DNA of 64,000 nucleotides from Batkoa obscura (Eukaryota): NCBI GenBank assembly GCA_030770535.1, contig JASVEC010000003.1, positions 1,116,001 to 1,180,000 of the forward strand, read 5' to 3'. Shown piece by piece: positions 11,762 to 24,175 of this stretch (position 1 is its first letter; each line of letters starts with the position of its first letter). The notes under the pieces were generated by a model. It saw only the letters and a program-made list of their open reading frames with translations, ran no database searches and was not told where the DNA came from. The position numbers and the translations under genes were made by a program.

Positions 11762-14700
11762 TTAAACCACAGCATTAACAATAGCTTGAGGTAAATTTAA
11801 ATCCTTAGCTCTAACAGCTAATTCTAATGTAATTATACCACTTCTTAATGTCATACGAATTTTAGCTGCACATGGTATACTATTTAAAAATAAACCAGTA
11901 AAATTACAAGCATGTAAAGTAGTTTCTTCTTTAACAACTTGACCTTCCACTAATTGCATACCTAACAAATCTGTGAGGAGATGAACAGTATCTAAAATAT
12001 AAATATTAATAAATATTAATTATTAATAAATGTTAATATGTAAAAATAAATTGATGTATAATAATTTACCTTGTAAATTATCTACCGCATTTAGTTCAAA
12101 TGTTTCAACTAAATGACAATTATTTTCATCTTTTGATGGATCTAAACTTTCCCAAACAGAATGAAAACCGCCTTCATTATTAGATGCTAAAATGGATGGT
12201 ATCATATAATCTGATAATTGTAATTTGAGTGTATCAATCTAATTAATAAAAAAATAATAATCAATTTTAATTTCTTTCATTCTTTTTTTTATAACAAAAA
12301 ATATATACAACTTACCATATAATCATCTTCAAACCCATCTTCTTCAATATCTCCAGTAGTTGGATCACATTCTTTAGCAATAAATTTTAAACAATTACTA
12401 AATGTAGCAGCTACTGGAATATTAGCTGGTTTATTTCGAATTACATAAGTAGCTACAGGTGTATTATATGGAATACTTTCTGCTGGTACTTCTCCTATTG
12501 AAGTTAATTCATCAATTGGTTCTCCAGTTAATAAATCAAAACTAGATCCAGTTTCTTCTTCCATTTCAACAATTAAATTTTCAAGTACTACTTCTTGAAT
12601 AGTATTAGTACATAAAAACTAGAAAATAAATACATTAATTAAATTAGATTTATATATAAAAATACAAAATATAAAATATAAAATATAAAATATAAAATAT
12701 AAAATGAAATCTTTTTTTTACCTCAAAAACAATATGATTATTAAAAATATGTTTAGTAACTTGAATAGCATATTCAGTTTCAGCTTCAGTTAAATCCAAT
12801 GGACTTGAAATTGGTGAAGATTTCAAAAGTAAGCCAAATTCTTTAGTTTCAGGTACAGCTAAATTTAAACGTTTTAAATTAACTTGTAAAGCTTCCAATA
12901 ATTGAACAGCAGAAGTTGAACTTTGTTGATTATTTCCTGAAGCATTACTGTTTTTATCTTTTGATTTAGATACGGGATCAATAATTGGGGGTGCATTTTC
13001 TAATTAATAAATTAAAATAAGTTGATTAATTAAAATAAATTCATTTTAAATCTGAATATTAAATAACTTACTTTGATTTGATTGAAAGCTACTTTCTTCC
13101 CCACGTAAAATAGTTGGTACATTTTCAATATCAAATGGACTACTTGATTTTTCTGAATTCATACAATATTCACTTAATAATTGTTCCAATGTACTTAAAT
13201 GATAAACTTGTTCTGATTTAATAAAGGTATTAGCATTAATTTCATTTTCCATAACTCTTAATGACCATGCTGCTCGATCTCTAACTTCATCATCTGGATC
13301 ATCAAGACATCTTATAAAAATAAATGTTGTTATTATTCTATACTAATAAATAATTCTTTTAATTACCTAGTTAATAATACTCTAATACTTTTTTTAACTT
13401 TTAAATCCTCAATACCCACAGCAAATTTAACTAAAGCTGACACAGCAGCCGCTCTAACAACAGCAGTTTCAAGAATAACACGATTATAAATGAATCGAAT
13501 ATATAATGTAGGATTCGAAGTTTTTGGTCCTTCTAAACCAAGAAAATGAAGAATTTTAACTGATAATTTAGAATATTCACAATCTTCAATAAATTCACAA
13601 AGATGTGATAAAGCCCCTTCTTTACTTTCGGGTAAACTTTGTACTAATTCAATAATTGCATCTACAACTGATCGTTTAAACTCATACCCTCCTTCATCTC
13701 TTAATACCGTAGATAAAAAGTTTAATAATACATGTTGTTTACTAGGAAATTTGATCCCAAGGCTTTTGATGGCATCAACTACAATCACTCGGAATTCATC
13801 TGAAATATCATTCATTAAAGAAGATACTTGTTTAATTAAAGCATCAATAGTGGATTCAGTTCCTATTTTAAGTAAAGCTGTAATAGCAAAGGTAGCTACT
13901 GAACGATTAGAATCCGATATAAGTTCATCTAAACCAAGTTTCCAATTCACCATAGCATTAGCATGAGTAAGTGCTACTCGATTAATAGTTCTAATAGCTG
14001 CAAATCTTAAGGCAGATTTAGAGGATGATAAAAATTGTTGTAAGGCTAATTAAAAATTAAATTAAATTAAATTAAATTTTATATTAATATTAATATCATA
14101 ATTTTTCTTACTTCTAACAGCTGGATAAATTTGTTCTACAGTTAATCCTGGCATTGAACAAATCACTTTAGCAGCTTCAAGCGATACAGAATCATTACGA
14201 TTACGTAACCAATTACAAAGTTTATCATAAATCACATTAGAAAATCTAAATAATTAATAAAAATTAATAATACATTCATAAAAATAATTCTATAACCTAA
14301 AAACTTACTGTCCACTTTGTTCAATTGATTTCCCTGCAAGTCGAATTAAATAGCAATGAGCAAATGGGTCCTTTAAACTTTCTGCTGACATACCATTACC
14401 ACCAATAAACATTTGAACTAATTTATTAATCGATACTTTATCTTGTTGACGAATAAGTGCCATTAACCCTAACGCATGATATTGTGAAATAGTAGTACTT
14501 GGTATTTGTACTGCTGATGATCTCATAAAGGAGGATACCATAGAACTAAATCCGGAACCTTTAGCTACCATAGCTGATTGTACTTCATTGGACCAACGAC
14601 GAATCACTTCTTTACTTTGTGGAAATAAATGGTAACTACTGACTAAGGCTGCAGAACTGATAGAGGAATCGGATTTATCTACAATAGCTGCTTTTAAAAA

Positions 14701-15319
14701 ACGTTCAATACTAGGTAACATACTGGCCTATAGTGATAAAATTGTTAGTTGTAGATTTCTTTTGATTAAAATAATATTTACATCGGTAATTTTACATAAA
14801 GCACGAATAGCGTTTGGTCGACACAAAGCTTCACTTTGAGGTTGCATATCTTTTGTTAAACTACTAGTAATAATAATCACATCTTGAGCAATAGAGGATA
14901 ACTCTTTAATAGCTAAATAAATGATTTGACGTAATGGTAACTAGATTTAAAAAATTTTATAAATAAATAAATAAATATAATTAGTTAATTAATTATATTT
15001 TGTTTCTTTTTAAAATCTAATTAGTATTGACTTACATCTTGTGATTGAAACAATTTTGTAATCGAAAAAAATAGTTCTGTAGCTTCAATAGTCGATAATG
15101 TATCCCCTTTATATAATAAAAATAAAATTTTGGCAATGATTATACGACATTGATATGGTTTGATTGGACTCATATTGAATACGCGTGCTTCTTGTAAAAC
15201 AGTACTTTTTTCGAGATTCAAAAAGACATCTAAATCGTCTATGAAATTAATTAGTTAAAATGGCGAATGGAATTTATTAAAAACTTGCCTATCTCTTCAT
15301 TTTTCTTATTCCAACTCAT
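11762..15319 (-). CDS. SEC21: coatomer subunit gamma, multi-exon
   Basis: [32 protein letters not shown]..., [65 protein letters not shown]. The first intron (15288-15239) is GC-AG. Confidence 0.95.
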
Positions 15320-16252
15320 AATGTTCAATTAATTGTTTTATATTGTTGCTAATAAAATCAAAGTATTAATATTTTTTATATATTTATTTTTTGAATAAGT
15401 TTTACAATTATTATAATGAACTTGAAATTGATTAAAAATAAATGATTTGTCGTTTTTTGATGGTTATTTTTTTACACGCTGGCGTTTCTTAAATTGATTT
15501 GTTCCTTTCAATTTTAAAATCTATTAGATTTGGTTTAAATTTTGGTTGTAAAATTAAATTAGTTGAGAATTTATTTGTTAATGAAAAATGTAGAATTTTG
15601 AACATGATTTACTCATTCTGTTTTTAAGAGTTTTAAATAAAAAATAGGAGCTTTAGCTTTTTTTTCGAATATTTATAGAAATGTAATTATTATTTATACT
15701 ATATAATGTGTAGATTATCATTAATAAAATTAAAAATTAAAAATTAAAAAATACAACTTTAGTTATTATTTTTGGAATAGTAGCCTTGATTATATCATAG
15801 TAACACTTGTTATATTAATTCCAAGCAATAAATTAATTTCTACTAATAAATTGAATATAATAATATTTAATAGAAATCTCAAGTTATTTATGAAAAAGAT
15901 TGATTTTACTAAGACAACATATAGTTATAAAAGATAATGCTCAAAATTACCATGATTGCAAAAGTTTCATTATATCCTTTAAATACCTTTTGTATAACTT
16001 TAAATTTTTAATATATTGATGGCTTCTTAAACAAAGAGACAGTCTGTATATTAAACTTAATTAAAAGGATCTATTATTTTACTTAGCTAAAATATTGAAA
16101 AAAATGAACACAAATCAAATTAACTTTGATATAATCTGTATCATTTAATATAAAATGAACGCATCAAATGGTAATCTTTTAGTAATCAATATTCCTATCA
16201 ATTAGTATAAATAGAAAGGGGAATCTATACCTTTCATTTTTGTTTAATTTAC

Positions 16253-16537
16253 ACAATTACGTTAAAACTAAATAATTTACTAGATATTGTAGTTGATACT
16301 ATCTTTAATTCTTTACCTCCAAACGAGCTTTATGACCTAAGGTTTTTAAACAAAGCCTTATTCAGATAAATCAATAAACTTATCTTTAATCATCTATGAT
16401 ATTCTGTTTATAATGATTCATTCTCTTACTCAGATATATAAACATTTTTCTATAAAACCAATAGTAATCCTGTGCAGTATTTGAAGATAGGATTCAAGTA
16501 CTTAGATCTTCTAGCATTATACTGTAATATCAAAATA
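16253..16537 (+). pseudogene. degraded N-terminal F-box gene, paralog of 3900-4262
   Basis: Reads TITLKLNNLLDIVVDTIFNSLPPNELYDLRFLNKALFR*INKLIFNHL*YSVY...FFYKTNSNPVQYLKI. No ATG, several in-frame stops, and it ends at a MITE. Confidence 0.6.
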
Positions 16538-16539
16538 GT

Positions 16540-16644
16540 ATATGGGGATGTATTTTTGTGTTTAAGAATTTTACTAACAATTTTTCTACTCAAATAGTGT
16601 TTAAAAAACGGAAAGTGATGAAAGCCAAAAAAAAAACCCTCAAT
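16540..16644 (+). mobile_element. ~105-bp MITE family 1, copy 5
   Basis: ATATGGGGATGTATTTTTGTGTTTAAG...GCCAAAAAAAAAACCCTCA. Confidence 0.8.
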
Positions 16645-16687
16645 TAGTAAAAACAAATTCATTTTTGACTTTTTAAATTTAAAAGAA

Positions 16688-16790
16688 ATTTGGGATGTAT
16701 TTTTTTGTAACAATTTTACTAGCAGTTTTTCCACTTAAATAGCGCTTAAAAGATGGAAAAAGTGATAAAGTCAAAAAAACACCTCCATAT
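16688..16790 (+). mobile_element. ~105-bp MITE family 1, copy 6
   Basis: TTTGGGATGTATTTTTTTG...AAAAAAACACCTCCATAT; direct orientation with copy 5. Confidence 0.78.
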
Positions 16791-17504
16791 ATTATATATT
16801 TTAAACTAATTAATGACATTAAACTACATCAGTTTCTATTAAATAATTTACTTTAATTTAAAAAGCTTCATATTAAATATTAATTATAAGTATGGCTATA
16901 AATCAATTCTACTACCCATTTTGAAGTTATTATGCCAAAAGTCAATAAATCAATTATTATTTTTAAAAGCTTTATTCATTTGAAATATGCTATTATTTTA
17001 TTAAATCTAGACAAACTTACAGTATTGACAGATAAATTTAATTTAATTAATTTAATTTAATTTAAATTGTAAAATTTAAAAAAAGAAATTATATAGCTAA
17101 AAAAGTTAATAACTAATTATACTATTTTTTTAATATCCTTAAGCTTTATTAATACTTTAAACTTCTGTTTATTTAATGTATTAAAATTAATAGGCACTCT
17201 ATTAAATAAATTTCTTTTAAGCTTTTTAAATGATGTTTTTAACATAAAAAAGTATATATAAATATTAATAATTTTATTTATGGCAGCATCACTAAATCCA
17301 TGTATTCAACTATCCAGTTTTATAGTTTTAATAAACTAATAACTAACATAAATTTATTTTTAAATGCTTTAGACTTTAAAAAATTTATATTAATAGAATA
17401 GCTGCTTTTGAGTCTACTTTTAAGATTATTGTATGTTTATAAAACTTCTAAATATTAGCTATCCATAAGTTGTATTATTTATATATATAACTTAGTTTAA
17501 AACA

Positions 17505-17529
17505 ATATGAGGATGTATTTTTTTGTTTA
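17505..17529 (+). mobile_element. MITE family 1, truncated terminus
   Basis: ATATGAGGATGTATTTTTTTGTTTA only. Confidence 0.5.
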
Positions 17530-19290
17530 TCAAATATTAAAGTAGTGAATTATACAGATGGAGGCTTCTGTCATTCTACTGGAATAGTAAATGATATTTT
17601 TAATAAACTGCAATTTTCAGTTCGAATTGATGCAAGGTTTGTATAAGTTAGTCTATCTCCATTTCAATATACATACCCTCTTTTAGAATTTGAATTTTAT
17701 AAAAATATTATATTATATATTTTTGAATAATGTCTATTAAAAGACGATTTAAGACATTTATTTTACTCTTTTTTTAATTTAATTAACTGAGCTATTTTTT
17801 ATATTTTAAATAGATTAATTTCAATTTTTAATTATAATGTATTTGATTTAAACAAATAATTTCAAAACGTTCTCTACACAGAAACAGATACAATAAAAAT
17901 CAACAAAAAATCTCATAAGTTATTTATAAATTACTTATATTTTAATTCAATCATAATACTAGAATTTGAAGATGTCAATGTTTAATTGTATTTTTAAAAT
18001 TAATTTTTAAATAAGCATTGAAATTTAATAAAATCAAAGCTTTGAAATAGGCTCTTTTTTAACTAAAAATAAAAAGCATTAATTTCGTAAAATTTCTTAT
18101 TACTGTTAGTAAATATATTATAAGAACTATAGCCAGTAATATTATATCTATATGTATATGTATTTTTAACTTAAGTCTTAGTTTATTTCACTCTATTTTT
18201 TATATAATTTAGAAATAAATACAAAAGCTTTGGAAATAATCACCGTTTCCCAAGTTTAAACGTCATCAAATAAATTTTGCAAATTTAAATTTAAACTGGA
18301 ATAACTTGCTTAAAATTTTAACCAGATTTTTAAATTCTATTAAAGGCTTCAAGTCTTAATATTAATATTGTTAAACCAAGAGCAGTTATTTACACTTATT
18401 TGTTGAACTATTTAAAGGTCTATCTTTATTTTTTTTACTATAGCATACAATCGACCAAGAATCTAATAAAAATCTGTTAACATTTTGTTCCAGATAAAAA
18501 TTTCAAAGTGAATAAATTATTAGCTAAAAATGGATTATAAAAAAGTATACTTTACAATTTTGAATTTAAACGCCAATTTGATATTTTTAAAAAAAATAGT
18601 AACTTAAAAAGATCTTAAAATTTTTGGCTATTTTTAAATAAATAAATAAATACTCTTATCAGTATACCGTTATCCCACGCTATTTGCTAACACTATCAAC
18701 CATCATCAACTTCTTATATTAGAAACCATAAAGTTGTTTTTTAAATGTTCCAGCTATACCACTTGTCATTTCTAACGAATCAATATTTAGCTAACTCTCA
18801 TTTTAAAAAAAGTAAGAAAATAAAAGATCACGTTAGGAATATTTGACTATTCACTTAGAGAATAGAAATCATCTGTTGTTTTCTAATGCTTATCTTGCAG
18901 CAGAGAGATGTTCTTTATTTTTATGAAGCTAGTTTACTATTTCTATACTATTAATTTATGGATGTTTTTTTTTAAATATTTTAGTAACTGGTTAAATGAA
19001 TGTTGATAGTAATACAATGTTGTAATATATTATTAACATTTTTATTAATTTCGACAGTATATAGGCGTTATACTAGCCAAAATTTATTTCTATCTTCTAA
19101 TGATAAAATCGACCTCAAGCATTTAATTAAACTCATTAAAACTAAATATGAAAATAAAAACCAAAAGAAGCAACTTTAGTATAAAGAACAAAATTTACCA
19201 AGCCACCACAAAAAAGCAATATTAAAAAGGTGGCGCCCCAAAGTTAAAAAAACCTGAAAATTAATTAAAGAATAAAACTATAAGAAAGGG

Positions 19291-19298
19291 TATATAAA
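19291..19298 (+). promoter_or_regulatory. putative TATA box of the secreted protein gene
   Basis: TATATAAA about 60 nt upstream of ATG 19355; weak evidence in AT-rich DNA. Confidence 0.4.
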
Positions 19299-19354
19299 CC
19301 CTCAATATAAGCTCACCAATTCTAACAATTTGTTTTATCCACATAATCGTTGCC

Positions 19355-19740
19355 ATGAGATTCACTTCACTTAATTTAGCCTTATTTGCTGTTGCTTTAT
19401 CCAGCGTGTAAGTTCATTATCAAATCTTTTTCATGTCCAAGTTACTAACTCTATCTCTTTTTTTAGAACCAGCGTAGTTCAATTCTCAAAAGTACGTCAA
19501 TTTGAAAAGAAAGAAGATGGTTGCTCTTTAGAATGGAAAGAAGAAGTAAGAACTTATAAACCATTACAAGGTAAAGGCCCTGATGCCATCGATTATAGTG
19601 TTATGCCAGCTGTTATCATTCCAAGACGTGATGATCATCCTTATGGACCTTATGACAAATCTTTGATTTATAAAATTTATGGCAATTCTCAAAAGGGTGT
19701 TGATAATTTTATTAAAACTATTTGTACCACTATTGAGTAA
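19355..19740 (+). CDS. small secreted protein, 108 aa, unknown function, 2 exons
   Basis: Exons 19355-19407 and 19467-19740, intron GTAAGT..TACTAAC..TTTTAG. Protein: MRFTSLNLALFAVALSSVTSVVQFSKVRQFEKKEDGCSLEWKEEVRTYKPLQGKGPDAIDYSVMPAVIIPRRDDHPYGPYDKSLIYKIYGNSQKGVDNFIKTICTTIE. Confidence 0.82.
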
Positions 19741-19946
19741 AAGGAATAGTCTGAGGCTTGACTTTCTTCTTTTTGAAATAATAAAAGAAAATTTGTTAAT
19801 AGCTGTTGTTTTTTAGTTGTGTTATTTATCTTTTAAATTATTCATTAAATACTCTAGTAGCGCTTTTTTTTATTAAAAATTTATATAAAATCACTTTAAA
19901 ACCCACCCACATTACCTCTTTTACTAATAATAAAAAATATATTATC

Positions 19947-20056
19947 ATATGGGGATACTATTTTTTGACTAAAAATTTTATTAATAGATCCTTGCAACTT
20001 TTATGTCAAATAAAGGATGAACAATAAAATGAAACGAAAAAGTCACCGTTACATAT
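19947..20056 (+). mobile_element. MITE family 1, divergent copy
   Basis: ATATGGGGATACTATTTTTTGACTAAAAATTTTATTAATAGAT...ATGAAACGAAAAAGTCACCGTTACATAT. Confidence 0.55.
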
Positions 20057-20183
20057 AACTTTCGCATTCAACTATTAAGCTATTATTAACCAGCATAAAC
20101 TAAATGATAGCTTACACACTTGTTTATTTGATTAGATGATATTATAACTATTTTGAAACTTTACTATCCACCACTTTTAACCT

Positions 20184-20759
20184 TCACTCCTGTGTATTAA
20201 CCTTATTCAAAACTACTGTACCAGATATGACCAAGGACACTCCTAACCACCACAACATTCCATTAATCTCATTAAAAATAAGGTATCCTAGCACTGCCTA
20301 TATAAAGCTTCATCAATAAACTTGCTTCAAAAACTCTATTTTTAAACTTACTGTAGCTACCATATTGGTAGCGTTATTGACCACTGAAACCTGAATGGAG
20401 CTTTTAGCTGAGGATAAAGCTTTAGTGTAAGTTGTCCACATTAGACCATTGAGTGTAAACATAAAAATAAAGAAGATTATTCTTAGGATTGGGAGTAAGT
20501 AGCTGGCTACTAGCTGTTGGCATAGATGGGACTTAGTCAGTTGACAAAAAGTGAAAATTAACTCATTTGTTTTTGGATCTGTTGATAGTTTGCCTACTAC
20601 CGAGGCTAAGCTAGCATAGATTCCAGAGAGGATGGATAGTTGAAAAGAATTATAAGAGGTTGTCTTTTTTTCTATGGAGTTACTAGGGCTAAATGAGTCA
20701 GATGAATTAGATGAATTAGATGAATTTGTCTTTTTTCGATTTTTGATTGTTTTTGTCAT
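20184..20759 (-). CDS. TMEM42-like small multi-pass membrane protein (DMT/EamA-like), 2 exons
   Basis: Exons 20759-20352 and 20297-20184. SG.YASLASVVGK, N.LMW..YTKAL....SS..V.V.N...N...TAVLGYLIFNE.....WWLG..L...G. Confidence 0.75.
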
Positions 20760-21099
20760 GATTTTTTAAAATTCAAAAAGAGTTATTTCGAAAAACAAAG
20801 TTGATTAAAAATTAACGTTGAAATAAAGTTAATTCATGTTTTTTTTGCATTAATTTTTAATTTCAATGCAGTCTTAAAAACTTTATTAGGCTCTCAAGAA
20901 AAGATATGCATAGACCCAGCCTAATTCTTAATTTAAAAATGATCTTCCTTTGACACTTGCATAAGATTAGTGTAAGAGGATTTTTTTCAATTATCATGAT
21001 AATAGGAAGAAAGCTTTTCACATATATATATATAAATAATAGTATATAGGAATAATAATCAACACCATAAAATTAAAATTTTGAATTTATTTATATCAA

Positions 21100-22517
21100 G
21101 TGAAAGTAAAAGAGATAGAATCAAGGGAAACAGCAGTATTTAATGAGAGCACTATTAATTTAAAAAGCTCTTATGGAAAATAGATTCAAAATCAATGCCT
21201 TATCTATCACTACTTTATATGTTTTCATTTTTAGGCCGAGTTAATATTGGCCACGTTCATTTATATGGATTAGAAAAAGCTTTAAACTTAACTGAAGAAG
21301 GATTTAGTTGGTGTTTAAGCATTTTCTTTGTAAGTTATGTACTATTTGAAGGAACTTCAGATTTAATGATGAAAAGAACTTCCCCACCAGTTTGGACTGT
21401 TCGTATTATGGTTACTTGGGGTGCAATAACTATGTGTTTAGCAGCAGCCACCAATTTTTCAGGTTTATTAGCTGGTCGTTTTTTCTTAGGCATTGCTGAA
21501 GCTGGTTTAACTCCAGGAATTATATCTTATTTGAGCTTTTTGGTATGCACGCCCAGAATAAGGTATTAGAATTGCATTTTTCTTTTCAGCTTCTTCATTA
21601 GCTGGTGCTTTTGGTGGCCTTATTGCGTATGATATCGACTATTTAGATAACAAAGGGGGTTTGAAATATTGGCAATGGATTTTTATTATTGGAGGCTTAT
21701 CTACTGTTTTATTGGGTGTCCTTACTTGGTTTATAATGCCTTCTTCACTTCAAACTTCAAAATGGTTAACTGAAGAAGAAAAAGAATTTTTAAATCAAAG
21801 GTTAATAGCAAGTCACGTTGAGATTAAATCTAAAAAATTTGATAAAGCTCAATTTATTTCCGTGTTTAAAGATTATAAAACTTATTTATATATGTTGTGC
21901 TACATTGGTTTTATGTGTCCATTTTATTCCTTAGCATTATTAATGGCAACCATTGTTAATAATATGGGCTTCTCTAAGTTAAATTCTTTCTTACTTACTA
22001 TACCGCCTTATATTATTACCTTTTTTATTACTATGGCTTTAGCATGCAATTCTAATAGAATAATGGAAAGAGGTTATCATATAGTGTGTTCAGCCACCGT
22101 AGCTTTAATTGGCTTTATAGTTTTAATACCTGCTTCTACCATACCTATGAAGTATTTTGGAGTTATTATAACTACTGTTGGACTTTCTACTTGTTTACCC
22201 CCAGCCCTATCTTAGTCAAATAACAACACTATATGATCAACAAAGTCAGCTACAGTTACCGCTATGATTGTTTCTTTTGGTAATGTTGGTGGTGTATTTT
22301 CTAGTCAATTTTATAGACAAGTGAAGCACCTATCTATATTCCTTCCCATTCTACCAACACTGGGTTTTTGTGCCTTACAGTTGTTACTGCTCTTATCCTT
22401 AAATGGAGATTTAAAGTTGAAAACAGAAAATTAGATGAAATGGAACAAGTCATCTTTGATAAAGAGGAAGCTTTTGATAGAATGGCCATCACCAAAGGGT
22501 TTAGATACATCATATAA
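21100..22517 (+). pseudogene. MFS transporter pseudogene (Dal5/Tna1 anion:cation symporter family)
   Basis: KLLWKID...P, R.NIG, GRFFLGIAEAG..PG, WQWIFII.G, GNVGG, C-terminal GFRYII*. Frameshifts near 21540 and 22320; in-frame TAG at 22213 and TGA at about 22234. The 5' end is approximate. Confidence 0.85.
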
Positions 22518-22723
22518 CTCATTGTTATCATTTTTGCCTTTTCGCGTTTTTCTTAATAAATGATGTTAGATGTTTTTTATAAAATTCAAAATAGCATCTT
22601 TTAAAAAAAATTAATAAGTTGGAATTTTTTACATTTTCAATTTAAATAACTTTATTGATAATAATAGCAATAATCCTAAAAAAACTAAGCTTCAATAACA
22701 TAACCCGCTCAAATAGATAACAT

Positions 22724-23830
22724 TTAATTCATAAGATCTTTACAACCTAACGTCATATAACAAGTAATAAACTCTCTCAGTTGATTAGTAACTTTTCTTA
22801 AATGAACAATTGACAGCTCCAACCTTTGAAACTTACTACTATTAGTATACGATAGCTCTTCAGACTCCAACATAGAGTTTAACAGAGTATGAGAAATAAC
22901 TTTACCACTTTCATCTTTGGGACTGAATTTCTTAACTTGGCTACTCAAATAACAGACCTTATAGTAAGTGGCTACAATAGCATAATACCTAAATAATTTA
23001 CAAGTTTGAGCTAAATTGGCCAATTCAATAGGCGATAATTTTTCAAAAATAGCCATCCATATGTCTTGAGATAAAATAGAAGGTTCTGCATTACAATTAG
23101 CTTCTGTTATCTTTAATTTAATTCTTTTTAATACTAAATCTGATTCTTGCAATACATCTAAAGCTTGATTTTCTACTTTTTCTCTTTGACCGTGTAAATA
23201 ATTCATCAATATAGAAACACCATAAAAGCCAGGGGCTCTACCAAAATGAATAGGGCGTAGCTTTAAGTTGGGTTCAATATGTAAAACAGCTGGCCATATC
23301 ATTGTTGAGGATAATCGCATATTCAGTTGATCTGCAATTGCTAAATCAGTATCTAAGATAAATGGAAACTTTTCAAACTTTGTTTCTATCTGAATATTCT
23401 TTAAAATTGATTTTGGGCCTGGAGATAAGATGATGAAATAAGCATCTTTTTGCAATAACAATCTATAATACTATTAAAATAAAAATCTATTAGCTAGCTT
23501 CTATAAAAGATAAAATTAACTTACAGTCAAATCTATACAAGGGGGGTCTAAAATCAAAGGATCTAACTCTTTGTTCTTTTTATCATTTACGACATCATTA
23601 TTTAAGCCGTACCTATTAATCGTCTTTAACATTGGTGGACAAACAGCGCATTTAGTGGACTAAATAAAAATAATAAATACATTCATAAATTCTGATATAT
23701 TCTTTTATAAACTTACTTTTAAAGTAACTAAAATTAAATGACGTTGATTTGCTAACTGTTGAACATTTATCTCTTTACCTTCAATATCTTTTACTATTGA
23801 TGGAAACAAAGAACCGGTAAAATAATCCAT
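22724..23830 (-). CDS. AhpC/TSA-like (thioredoxin-fold, CxxC) domain fused to a C-terminal F-box, 331 aa, 3 exons
   Basis: Exons 23830-23717, 23659-23525, 23470-22724. KDIEGKEINVQQLANQRHLILVTLKSTKCAVC, FPFILDTDLAIADQL, PAVLHIEPNLKLRPIHFG, then ILSQDIWMAIFEKLSPIELANLAQTCKLFR. Confidence 0.75.
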
Positions 23831-24175
23831 TAATTAAGTTTTATTTATAAATAAAAAAATTAAGTTAAAATTTTATTTTCATCCTTTGAATGATGCAGTC
23901 ACTCTAAACCTTAATTTCATTTTTATTTAACTTAGAACTAAAATTGATTGGTTAATAAAATAAAATTATTTTTTCGTATCTTTTTTATTACGTAGCAATA
24001 GAAAGTGACTTATTATCAACAAAAATTAAGAGTATTATGATAAACTAATGATAGTATAATAATCAAAAGAAAGAACTACTAAATTCATAAAATCAATATA
24101 CTAATATTTCAATTTTTTTATTTCTACTTTAAATCTCTCTTAACAAAACCATCTTGTTTTCATGTTATTTTTTAA

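Noticed and set aside
12660..12705. (AAAATAT)n repeat extending ORF 12650-12898 as FYILYFI repeats
   Set aside because: Intronic simple repeat in SEC21; the ORF tail is intron read-through.
13751..13966. Antisense or alternate-frame ORFs (also 25252-25467, 30771-30962, 32543-32815, 53274-53519, 61143-61376, 62895-63107)
   Set aside because: Shadows of real coding exons, with no independent motifs.
17550..17700. Possible GPCR fragment (YTDGGFCHSTGIVNDIF...) after a truncated MITE end
   Set aside because: Too short and interrupted to support a call.
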